Source: Orbicella franksi
Taxonomy: Eukaryota
Direction of reading: 5' to 3'
DNA: 64,000 bases
Assembly: GCA_964199315.1 (NCBI GenBank)
Contig: OZ116702.1
Location: 15,810,001-15,874,000 of the forward strand
Each line of letters begins with the position of its first letter. Within the stretch, counting starts at the first letter, position 1. A model generated the notes under the pieces. That model ran no database searches. It saw only the letters and a list, made by a program, of their open reading frames with translations, and was not told the DNA's origin. Of this stretch, positions 1 to 8,094 are shown in pieces. A program made the position numbers and the translations under genes.

Positions 1-2
1 CG

Positions 3-458
3 CCTCAACCCAGTGCAGCTCATTTCAAGAAAAACCAACCGCCGAAAAGACGGCTCAATCTTAAAATACTTCAACCCGCCAGAAGACAAGTGTCTTTTCA
101 ACCGCCGTCTGTCCTTGACACCGGTGAATTACCAGCGACTGTGACCACGCGTAGGAAACGCAAGAGAGCGCCCGCCAAGCCGAATCTTTCCGAGAAGGAA
201 GATAGGAAAAGAAGAATGAAAAAGAGGCATTGCTACGAGGACAAGTTCGGAGATTTGAGTAAATTCGCCAAGAAACCTCGAAAAAAGAGATCGGCGCCTG
301 CCAAGCGTCCCAAGAGAGCCGCTGCCAAGAGAGCCATGGCCAAGATCAGGAGTCGTGCCAAGAAAAAACCCATCTGTTTCAATCGTAAGGTCACCCTATT
401 GGGTCTGTTGAGACGCATCCCGGCCGTCAAGACCCCATTGGCCAAGTTGTTCGGATAA
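3..458 (+). CDS. Lys/Arg-rich basic protein, 5' partial; possible DNA-binding core protein
   Basis: Frame is open from position 3 (PQPSAAHFKK...RRQVSFQPP...) to TAA at 456-458. Very basic composition. Confidence 0.6.
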   Translation, partial: PQPSAAHFKKNQPPKRRLNLKILQPARRQVSFQPPSVLDTGELPATVTTRRKRKRAPAKPNLSEKEDRKRRMKKRHCYEDKFGDLSKFAKKPRKKRSAPAKRPKRAAAKRAMAKIRSRAKKKPICFNRKVTLLGLLRRIPAVKTPLAKLFG

Positions 459-496
459 AAACGGAGCGTCTCGAGACCCTGGACCATTTCAAGATC

Positions 497-1156
497 ATGG
501 GACGGCGCAAAGCGTTTCAATTTCACACTCCGTCGAGTTTGTTGATAGCGGGTCCGTCGGGGTGCGGTAAGACGGTGTTCACCACCAAACTGCTCTTGGA
601 GAACGGCGACTTGTTCCAACAAACACCGAAGAGTATTCGTTACTGCTACGGATCGTGGCAAGATGGTTTTCAAAAGCTCAAGAAGGGTGGAGTCAAGTTT
701 TACGAGGGCATCCCCGACAGCGAACAGTTACCCCGATGGTTTCCTGGAGGGGGTGTGTTGGTATTGGACGACCTGATGGACGAGGGTGGTAACGACAAGC
801 GCGTGTTGGATCTCTTCACCAAACACTCGCATCATCGGAACATCACGGTGATTTACTTGTGTCAGGATCTATTCCCTAACGGAAAATTCGCCAAGACCAT
901 TTCCCGAAACGCTCATTACATCGCGGCTTTCAAGAACCCTCGGGATCAGTTGGGGATACGAAATCTATTACTGCAATCGTTTCCCACGCAATGGCAGGAC
1001 GTGTTGGACACGTTTCGAAAGGTCACCGACCGACCTTACGGTTACATGCTATTGGATCTTCATCCAGCCAGTCAGGACGATCAACGCGTCCTCAGCCATG
1101 TGTTAAAAGACGACGGATTCGTACGATGCCATCAGTTTGTGACACCGTCATGCTGA
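497..1156 (+). CDS. Polinton DNA-packaging ATPase (A32/FtsK-like)
   Basis: Walker A GPSGCGKT, Walker B VLVLDDL, then HRNITVIYLCQ and ISRNAHY motifs. Intact 219 aa. Confidence 0.93.
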   Translation: MGRRKAFQFHTPSSLLIAGPSGCGKTVFTTKLLLENGDLFQQTPKSIRYCYGSWQDGFQKLKKGGVKFYEGIPDSEQLPRWFPGGGVLVLDDLMDEGGNDKRVLDLFTKHSHHRNITVIYLCQDLFPNGKFAKTISRNAHYIAAFKNPRDQLGIRNLLLQSFPTQWQDVLDTFRKVTDRPYGYMLLDLHPASQDDQRVLSHVLKDDGFVRCHQFVTPSC

Positions 1157-1410
1157 GGAGCGAGGTCGAGTGGTTTCCGCTTTTCATTGTCCTATGCAAG
1201 ACCAGACTCAAATACTGCATGAATCCCAATGAGCTGGACTTCGAACCGATGAGACAGGTCACAGAATGCGAGAGTTATCGTCAAGTGAGGTCCATCATAA
1301 ACGCATATAATGGTGAAGGTTTCGATTATTTGGTTCATAAGCAACGAGAACTCGCCGAGAAGAAGATAGAAAGAGAGAGGGGAATGGATAAAAATGAGCT
1401 CTTATGGTAG
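1150..1410 (+). CDS. Hypothetical 86-aa protein, ECxSYRQVR family copy 1
   Basis: ATG at 1150 (MLRSEVEWFP...). Clear paralog at 2389-2685. Confidence 0.7.
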   Translation: MLRSEVEWFPLFIVLCKTRLKYCMNPNELDFEPMRQVTECESYRQVRSIINAYNGEGFDYLVHKQRELAEKKIERERGMDKNELLW

Positions 1411-2113
1411 TGACGATTTCAACCTCTCGGCTCTGAACGATTATTCGCCTTGGGGGACACCGAATCGAACGAGTACTCCGATTCCGCCTGCAGCGGGTGT
1501 AGGTGTGAGTCTGAACACTCCTCCTTCACCGCTATCGTCACTGGCGACACCGCCCCTGCCCAACGTCTCGCCCGTCGGAGTAGGCACTCCTGGCTCGGGT
1601 GCGCCACAGACCAACGTCACGGTGGGTGTCGGTAGTGCTGGATCAGTGTCGCGCTCCAACGTCACAGCGGGTGTCGGTGCACCCAGGATAACAGACTCCA
1701 CACCTTTGTCACGAGCCGTTCGAGGAGGGAAACGACCTAGACGCGTCCCACGTCAAAATACACCGACGTCCTCCAGTGACTCAGGCAGCCGCAGAAGAAG
1801 TAGCGCTAGTGGTAGCGGTGGAAGAGGCAGAGGCAGAGGCAGAGGTGGAGGCGGAGGCGGAGGTGGTAGTGGTAGTGACTCCACACCTCCTTCGTCGATT
1901 CGATCGGGTCGAGGAGGAAGAAGGAGGCGAGGAGACCGTGTTCTCGACCAAGCCCAGATGCAGCAACAATTGGAAGAGATTTTACGCCAACAACAACAGA
2001 CGGCCGCGGGTCGTCGCATTGCGGGCATCACGACCACCAACACGATTACGACTACCTATAAAAACGGACAACGACCTACCGTCACACGCAATTCGACCAG
2101 TGTACGTAACTGA
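1394..2113 (+). CDS. Low-complexity Pro/Ser/Gly/Arg-rich protein
   Basis: 239-aa ORF with GVG repeats, an RGRGRGRGGGG tract, SR-rich segments and a Q/T-rich C-terminus. It abuts its neighbours. Confidence 0.7.
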   Translation: MSSYGSDDFNLSALNDYSPWGTPNRTSTPIPPAAGVGVSLNTPPSPLSSLATPPLPNVSPVGVGTPGSGAPQTNVTVGVGSAGSVSRSNVTAGVGAPRITDSTPLSRAVRGGKRPRRVPRQNTPTSSSDSGSRRRSSASGSGGRGRGRGRGGGGGGGGSGSDSTPPSSIRSGRGGRRRRGDRVLDQAQMQQQLEEILRQQQQTAAGRRIAGITTTNTITTTYKNGQRPTVTRNSTSVRN

Positions 2114-2121
2114 GAACAACC

Positions 2122-2370
2122 ATGAGAAGACGCCGCCGTCGACAGAAAAGGAGAAAGCAATGGGGCGGTGCTCTTGCGAATGCCTTGTCTGCGATGTTAC
2201 CCATTGGCAAGGGGGCTGCCTTGGGATTGGCCAAAGCGTTGGGTGGCCGCGCCGTGAAAACAGGAATCCGAGCTGGAACGACCGCTGCCATTGGTGCTGC
2301 GGGAGTAGGCGTGGGTCGAGGGATCCGAAGACTTGTGAGACTTAAGAAAAGACGACCCCCTCGTCGATGA
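2122..2370 (+). CDS. Small basic protein with QWGG motif; putative protease-processed virion protein
   Basis: MRRRRRRQKRRKQWGG leader, followed by an Ala/Gly-rich amphipathic segment and a basic tail. Confidence 0.7.
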   Translation: MRRRRRRQKRRKQWGGALANALSAMLPIGKGAALGLAKALGGRAVKTGIRAGTTAAIGAAGVGVGRGIRRLVRLKKRRPPRR

Positions 2371-2388
2371 AAAACCATTCGAATCAAG

Positions 2389-2685
2389 ATGTTGAGGAGT
2401 GAAGTCGAGTAGTTCCCCTACTTTTTGCATCTATGCCGATGCTCTCGCTCTTACTGGGATGCGACCAGCATGGATCACGAAGACATGAAACGTATCGCGG
2501 ACGAGTGTGATAGTTACCGACAAGTCCGGGACATCCTGAACCAATCCATAGAAACCGCCTTCAAGGACGAGATCTGGGAATACGAGCAACAGGCTAAAAG
2601 GATCGAACGTCCCGACAGAAAGTCAGACAAGGTTTGGCACTGGTTGGAGAAGAGTCATGAGTACTTCTGTATGTTTATTGGATGA
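2389..2685 (+). pseudogene. ECxSYRQVR family copy 2 with a nonsense mutation
   Basis: Reads MLRSEVE*FPYF versus MLRSEVEWFPLF in copy 1. TAG at 2410-2412 replaces TGG. Confidence 0.75.
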
Positions 2686-3122
2686 ACCTTTCAACACCGT
2701 GGTGGATTTGGATTCCCTGAAACGTTTGGACGTTTTGTACGCTTTCTACCACAAGTATTGGTGGTGTCGAAGGCAGATGTTCGGTTACTACAAGTTGTGT
2801 AACGCCATTCTCAACGGACTGGCCTTACTGACTGTGGCCGTGTGGGTACACGGTGGTAGGATTGACGGCTTTCGCCACCTTACTGAAAGGATGGAACGAT
2901 TTCAAGTATTCGTTCAAGATGGACATGGCCCAATTCGCTTACACGACGTACGAAAAGACGCTGACAGAACTCCGGAACTACGCTCTGGGTGGTGTAGAGG
3001 AATTGGATGGGTTTTTGACCAAGATGCAAACGTTGGACGACGTGGTGACGGATTTCACATCTCCCACGTACGACCGATACGTTCGAGACTACGACACGCG
3101 ATTTCGACACGTGCCGCTATAA
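2657..3122 (+). pseudogene. Frameshifted Polinton membrane protein with two hydrophobic segments
   Basis: N-part YAFYHKYWW...LALLTVA and C-part VGLTAFATLLKGW...AYTTYEKTLTELR are in different frames with a break near 2840. Homologous to 20000-20490. Confidence 0.7.
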
Positions 3123-3161
3123 AAAATGACATCGCGGTACTAATCTTCATTCAGAACCAAC

Positions 3162-3413
3162 ATGCCCAAGAGGTCAAGGAGAAAGAAAGCGTCTTCGAGA
3201 AGACGTACCACTAAAAGAAGACGGTACCAAAGGGGAGAAGGGGTTGTCAGTGTGGTGGCTGGTTTACCCAAGGCGGCTTGGGGTATCACCAAAGGCATCG
3301 GAAGCCTGAGAGCCAAACAAGAAGCCAAACATACCAAAAGGATGTTGGAACGGATGAGACGAGGTGAAAAGTGGGATAGCGGTAGCGAATCGTTCCGATG
3401 CTCCATCATGTGA
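3162..3413 (+). CDS. Small basic protein with QRGEG motif
   Basis: Arg/Lys leader ending RRRYQRGEG. TATAAAAAA lies about 43 nt upstream of the ATG. Confidence 0.7.
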   Translation: MPKRSRRKKASSRRRTTKRRRYQRGEGVVSVVAGLPKAAWGITKGIGSLRAKQEAKHTKRMLERMRRGEKWDSGSESFRCSIM

Positions 3414-3415
3414 AA

Positions 3416-3696
3416 ATAAAAGGACGAGGATTGACGTCGTAAACCTCACTCGTTACCATGCGAACACGGAGGAGGAAGAGGAGGAGACAGAAAGGTGGTG
3501 ATTTGGCGAGTATGATGAGAGCAGCGGGTTTGGGTTCTTTGGCTGGACCCTTCGGTTTAATGAACAAACATATCCGTAAGAACAGGGGAAAGATCGAAAG
3601 AGTCTTACGCAGGATACCCTATCAAACGGCCTTCAAGCGTCGAGGAAAGCGATAAAAGGACGAGGATTGACGTCGTAAACCTCACTCGTTACCATG
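3416..3696 (+). repeat. Two identical 45-bp promoter/start cassettes (3416-3460 and 3652-3696)
   Basis: ATAAAAGGACGAGGATTGACGTCGTAAACCTCACTCGTTACCATG occurs twice, each ending at an ATG. Confidence 0.95.
3458..3655 (+). CDS. Small basic protein with QKGG motif
   Basis: MRTRRRKRRRQKGG leader. Confidence 0.72.
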   Translation: MRTRRRKRRRQKGGDLASMMRAAGLGSLAGPFGLMNKHIRKNRGKIERVLRRIPYQTAFKRRGKR

Positions 3697-3897
3697 AGGA
3701 CTCGTAGGAGGAAGAGGAAACAAAGAGGTGGAGGTCTATCTCCGGTGGAAGCCGCGATTCTGAAAGGAAGATTTAAACAACTAGCTCAAGGTTACAAAAA
3801 ATACCAAAGAGAAAAACGACAATTTGCCAGAGATATCGTTCCATCACTTGGCATATGGGGTGCTGTCTACAAGAGAGCGGCAAGTAAAAGGCGATAA
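3694..3897 (+). CDS. Small basic protein with QRGGG motif
   Basis: MRTRRRKRKQRGGG leader. The leader is duplicated relative to the previous gene but the body is different. Confidence 0.72.
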   Translation: MRTRRRKRKQRGGGLSPVEAAILKGRFKQLAQGYKKYQREKRQFARDIVPSLGIWGAVYKRAASKRR

Positions 3898-3935
3898 AAG
3901 GAGTACGCCAATCCACTCGTGCACATAAGTCCACG

Positions 3936-4256
3936 ATGAAGCGGTTACGACGACAACGTCATTTCTTGACGCGCGTCCTGAAAGAAGCCAATCGGAACAA
4001 ACGTCAACGGATGTTGCAATACGCCGACAAAGATCAGATCAACGCCATCAGCGAGATGGTTCTCAATTTGCTGAAAAAGAGGATCCCCATCAACGCAACG
4101 ACTTATGGGAAACTGAAAAGACATAAAAGGGTTTTGCGCGAAGTGGGTAGACGCAAAAACTCCATCAAGCGTCGAAGAGAGCATCTCCTCACCCAAAACG
4201 GAGCGGGGTTCTGGAGCGGTTTACACGGTTGTTTCAAAGCATGTTGTGTACGGTGA
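3936..4256 (+). CDS. Basic hypothetical protein with a C-terminal QNGAGF motif
   Basis: 106-aa ORF ending LLTQNGAGFWSGL, a Q-x-G-x-G-F pattern. ATAAAA lies 42 nt upstream. Confidence 0.72.
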   Translation: MKRLRRQRHFLTRVLKEANRNKRQRMLQYADKDQINAISEMVLNLLKKRIPINATTYGKLKRHKRVLREVGRRKNSIKRRREHLLTQNGAGFWSGLHGCFKACCVR

Positions 4257-4681
4257 AAGGACGCAGCGAGGACGGTTACCCGCTGGAGGGGATCGACGTC
4301 ATACCCAATTTACCGCCGAGAGAAGAAGAGTCCAATACCATTCCTAAACTCGTGCAGTTGTTGCAAGACGCCAATCGTCGCGAAGCCCGATGGAAAGACT
4401 CGTACGAGTACTTGAACAAGAGGTACCACGACCTGTATCAAGAGTACATGGCTTTAAAGTTCGGTGACTTCTGTCAAACCTGTCAAACGAAACGAGATAC
4501 CACGCCGCCCGGTGGGTGCATCGAGTTGTGCAGGGAGTGCGGTAAAGGCAAGCGAACCGTTCAAAGTCTTGAACTCGAGTTGGAAAAGAAAGACGAATCC
4601 ATACGGTACTGGCAAGACTGTTACGAGACGGCCTTGAGAGAATTGTCCGAGTTTCCTGACACGACTTTGAGTCAGGTATGA
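4241..4681 (+). CDS. Hypothetical coiled-coil / Cys-cluster protein
   Basis: CQTC...CIELCREC cluster between helical segments containing WKDSYE and WQDCYE. Stop overlaps the next start (ATGA). Confidence 0.6.
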   Translation: MLCTVKGRSEDGYPLEGIDVIPNLPPREEESNTIPKLVQLLQDANRREARWKDSYEYLNKRYHDLYQEYMALKFGDFCQTCQTKRDTTPPGGCIELCRECGKGKRTVQSLELELEKKDESIRYWQDCYETALRELSEFPDTTLSQV

Positions 4682-5355
4682 ACGAAGTCATGATGGTACC
4701 CGTTCAAGAATTCAATCGATTGCAAGATTATTACAAGGGTAAGATCAGCCAGAATGCCTTGTTGAACAAAGCCGGACGTCTGGCCGCCGAAGAACATCTC
4801 ATCTTGAACGACAAACGCATCCCCGACAGCATGGCCATCAAGATGACTAAACCCATCGCCACCGAGGAAGGTAAACTGGTGAAACGCATACGGACGGGTA
4901 AAAGTGGTCCCATCTCGTACCAGGGAACGACAGAACCCGAAGGCATGGTCGACGCACCCGTCGAAAGTCTGTTGAAACAGATCCTCAAGGGAGTCGACAA
5001 AGAACAAGCACCCCCCATCGTCATCAAACAAGAAGCCGCTACACCGAGTGTTAAAAGGGAGAAGAAAACCCCCAAACCCTTCAGTTCATTCGATCCAGTC
5101 ACGTGGGGCAAAACTCCATCCACAAGTAAAAAAGTAGTGAGCAAAAAAGAAGGATTGAAGAAGAAATCAGGCGTAGGCAAAGCAGCCAAAGGTTTCCTGA
5201 AATCACTCTTAGAAGACGACGAGGGAGGTTACAGTCCTAAAGGCAAGGCAAAGAAGTACAAGAAGGCCAAGCCTACCACATTCGAACAGTTACAAGCGGG
5301 TTGGGAAAATTGGGACGCTCCTCCAAGACGAAAACTAGGCTATGACACGCAGTAA
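4678..5355 (+). CDS. Hypothetical Lys-rich Polinton protein
   Basis: 225-aa ORF overlapping both neighbours. Confidence 0.65.
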   Translation: MNEVMMVPVQEFNRLQDYYKGKISQNALLNKAGRLAAEEHLILNDKRIPDSMAIKMTKPIATEEGKLVKRIRTGKSGPISYQGTTEPEGMVDAPVESLLKQILKGVDKEQAPPIVIKQEAATPSVKREKKTPKPFSSFDPVTWGKTPSTSKKVVSKKEGLKKKSGVGKAAKGFLKSLLEDDEGGYSPKGKAKKYKKAKPTTFEQLQAGWENWDAPPRRKLGYDTQ

Positions 5356-5716
5356 GAAGAAAAGGGCACCACCCCTGAGGAGAAGTACCCGACGTCGTCG
5401 TCAACGAGGGTATGGGATCGACATCCAAAAATGGTTGGCCAAGACTGGGATCGAGTTTCATTGGCCCGGTTATCAGTACATGGGACCTGGTACCAAACTG
5501 AAGAAACGTCTGGCGCGAGGAGACCCGGGGATCAACCGTCTGGACCGACTGGCCAAACAACACGACATTGACTATTCCAGGGCCAAGAACTTACAGGACA
5601 AATGGGATGCCGACACCAAGATGATCCAAGCCATCGACAAATTACCCGGACGTAAAACCATGACAGAACGCATTGTTAAGAAAATCATGCAAACCAAGAA
5701 ACGTTGGAAATTGTAA
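5342..5716 (+). CDS. Parvovirus VP1u-type phospholipase A2 with a basic leader
   Basis: Ca-binding loop PGYQYMGPGT and catalytic DRLAKQHDIDY (HDxxY). Leader ends RRRRQRGYG. Confidence 0.9.
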   Translation: MTRSKKKRAPPLRRSTRRRRQRGYGIDIQKWLAKTGIEFHWPGYQYMGPGTKLKKRLARGDPGINRLDRLAKQHDIDYSRAKNLQDKWDADTKMIQAIDKLPGRKTMTERIVKKIMQTKKRWKL

Positions 5717-5786
5717 ACTTTATTGTTGTAATTAAAGAAAGTTACACACTTTGTTGTTTTTTCAAAAAGAGTCTCTTTTGTTTTCT

Positions 5787-6223
5787 TCAAGTCTCGCACG
5801 CCATGCCATTGTGGTACAGAGTAATCGAGGCATTCGATGTCACAAACAAACGTTCGAACCTTATTTGGTCCCCGAACGTCGACGAAGATATCAATAACAA
5901 CCGAAACCTAATTCTGGAGGTGAATTCGAACACTAAGAAAGGGGTGTTGAAATAAAACATGCGATACACCTCCATGCGTATATGATCGTACGAAATGACA
6001 TTGAGGGGAAAAAACACGGTGCCGTGAATGTACATGGGACTTTGGAACTCCGAGGATCGGACAAAGGCCTCCATCTCGCGATAGTACTGGAACCACACCG
6101 TGACAGGAATGGGATAAGGCAAATGATTCCAGGAACGCGTCAAGGAATTGTGCGTCTCGAAGGGTTTTCCATAGTCTCTCATATAGGTAAGGGCGTCGTG
6201 AATCATTCTGCGATGAGTGTCCA
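5787..6223 (-). CDS. Predicted alternative 3' exon of the leftward RING gene (domain copy 2)
   Basis: Paralogous to the C-terminal domain of 6245-7075. Preceded by the acceptor TTTTTTTCATTCGCAG in phase 1. AATAAA on the minus strand at 5719-5724. Confidence 0.7.
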
Positions 6224-6244
6224 CTGCGAATGAAAAAAACAGTG

Positions 6245-7075
6245 TCAGGTCCATAGTCCATCCTCATGGTAAAACGAGGGACCCCCAGGAAAAGGTAGTA
6301 GACACAGTTGTCGAATCTCAATATCCCTTTGTCCTTCCACGCGTCTAAAGAAGAGTCTGAACCTTTGAATTCGGATCAAGCTATACGTATAATAAGGGGT
6401 GTTGTAGACGAATAGACGGTACAGATAACTTCTAATCTCTCGGGTCGGTTCCACGGGGAGACGCACACTACCGTGAATGTACAGGTCTCGTTCCCGATAC
6501 AGAGTCACGAAATTTCTGATAAAGGTATAATAACGTGTCCAAATACCAGGGTCAATGGCATACGGCAAATCATTCCACAGGTACGATCCCTCGTGATGGC
6601 AGTGATTAGGTCTACCCTCACTACGATATCGATCCAACTCTCGATCCATTCTAACTAAACGATCATTCGCACCTGCCGTTAACTGGTACTCCTCATCGTT
6701 ATCATCTTCCTCGAGTTCCTCGTCGGTTTCCAACACGACCTCAGGCTGATTGTCACCGATCACGCGTCGGCAGTTGCCGCAGTTCACAACCCATCTCTCC
6801 ATATCCTGGTAACAACGTCGATGCATCCACACGCCGCAGCAAGGAGTACGCTGGCACGATGCCAGAGAATCGACGTGAATATCTCTTTGACAAATAAAAC
6901 ACACTTGTTGAATCGGTGTTTCTTCGGGTAGACGACCCTGAAGGCGACGACTACGTCTCGGCGGTTCATCGTCGTCGTGTGATCGTGCACGACGTCGACG
7001 TCGTACTCGTCTCGGGGATCCTTCGGGGGACTGACTTCGAGGTCGGCGGCTGCGGCGCCCAGATTCAGTTTCCAT
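6245..7075 (-). CDS. RS-rich RING-like zinc-finger protein with C-terminal domain copy 1
   Basis: Probable start METESGRRSRR at 7075. Motif CFIC...TPCCGVWMHRRC...CGNC, an acidic linker, then the WNDLPY...YIHG...NTP...RFRL domain. Confidence 0.8.
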   Translation of the reverse strand: METESGRRSRRPRSQSPEGSPRRVRRRRRARSHDDDEPPRRSRRLQGRLPEETPIQQVCFICQRDIHVDSLASCQRTPCCGVWMHRRCYQDMERWVVNCGNCRRVIGDNQPEVVLETDEELEEDDNDEEYQLTAGANDRLVRMDRELDRYRSEGRPNHCHHEGSYLWNDLPYAIDPGIWTRYYTFIRNFVTLYRERDLYIHGSVRLPVEPTREIRSYLYRLFVYNTPYYTYSLIRIQRFRLFFRRVEGQRDIEIRQLCLLPFPGGPSFYHEDGLWT

Positions 7076-7324
7076 CACCAAAACCGAAAAAATGTCGAAT
7101 GCGCACCTCGATTTATGTCCATCATGCACCAATCAAACGAAAAAGGCCGACATCACGTGAACAGGGCAGACCCGGGGGATAGGGGGTATCCCCCCACTCA
7201 CGGTCGGAGACTGGGTCCAGGTCGAGTGCAACCTGGGATCCAGTTTTACCGTAAGTATAAAAAGATCGGCTCGAACCGTTCACGGCACTCTGAGTTTTTG
7301 ACTTGTATCGAGCGCTTAAAAATC
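7076..7324. promoter_or_regulatory. Putative bidirectional promoter
   Basis: Lies between divergent ATGs. TATAAAAAG at 7256-7264, CATAAAT on the minus strand at 7111-7117, CCAATCA near 7129, CACGTG near 7154-7159, and a GGGGGATA/TATCCCCC inverted repeat at 7174-7194. Confidence 0.55.
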
Positions 7325-7594
7325 ATGGCACAGGAGCTGACCGACGAGGAGATGAACCAACACATGGATCAACATGAAGCAGTGAGTATAACGTGCACCC
7401 TATGTAAGAAAGTCATCCTTAGAACCGAAACCTGCGGTCGTATCAAGTGCTGCCGTTACTACCTGCATTTCGATTGCTTTGTCAGGACACTCGATGATCA
7501 GATGAACAAGGGGGTGAACAACGAGAAGTTGCACTGTCAAATCTGTCACACACCGTGCTATCTAAGTACACTCGTGGCTTCCCTAGACAACTGA
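7325..7594 (+). CDS. Small RING-like zinc-finger protein; its first 19 codons double as a predicted shared leader exon
   Basis: MAQELTDEE... then CTLC...KCCRYYLHFDC...CQIC. Donor GTGAGT at 7382 in phase 0. Confidence 0.75.
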   Translation: MAQELTDEEMNQHMDQHEAVSITCTLCKKVILRTETCGRIKCCRYYLHFDCFVRTLDDQMNKGVNNEKLHCQICHTPCYLSTLVASLDN

Positions 7595-7737
7595 CCATGG
7601 AACTGAGACTCGTCGTCGCCTCCTTCACCCTGGAGTTCTTCCTCCGTTTGGACTTGAGATTTTGTTTCGTTGTGTTTTGCGGTTACAAATTCGCACGACA
7701 TCTTTGTCACGCCTTGTTCATCACCTTCTTTTCATAG

Positions 7738-8094
7738 AGTTACTGGGATTGTCTACCCCATGAGATGCAAGCCTACATCCTTCACCTCAGAGAGTCCCAG
7801 TCTCTCATCGAGACGCGCGAACGTGAATCGTGGAGAGAGCTTTGTAACGAGATACGAACCTTTGCTAAGGTCCAAGCTAAATGGGGACTAGGGGCACTCA
7901 GAGTCAAGCTAGAGACATGTAAACTGAAGTTTTGCCCCCAGGGATTGGTTCCAGGGACACATGAAAAAAAGCATATGATCGTGTCGGGTTTATACAGAGA
8001 CGCCCAAAATGTCCAGCGAGAAATATTTTTAGGATACAGTTTTAATGGTGCTTACTACAGAATCGATGACGTTAAAAGACTTTCACTCTTTTAG
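7738..8094 (+). CDS. Predicted alternative exon B1, F-box-like protein
   Basis: Acceptor CTTCTTTTCATAG followed by SYWDCLPHEMQAYILHL, in frame with ORF 7765-8094. Confidence 0.75.
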   Translation, partial: SYWDCLPHEMQAYILHLRESQSLIETRERESWRELCNEIRTFAKVQAKWGLGALRVKLETCKLKFCPQGLVPGTHEKKHMIVSGLYRDAQNVQREIFLGYSFNGAYYRIDDVKRLSLF

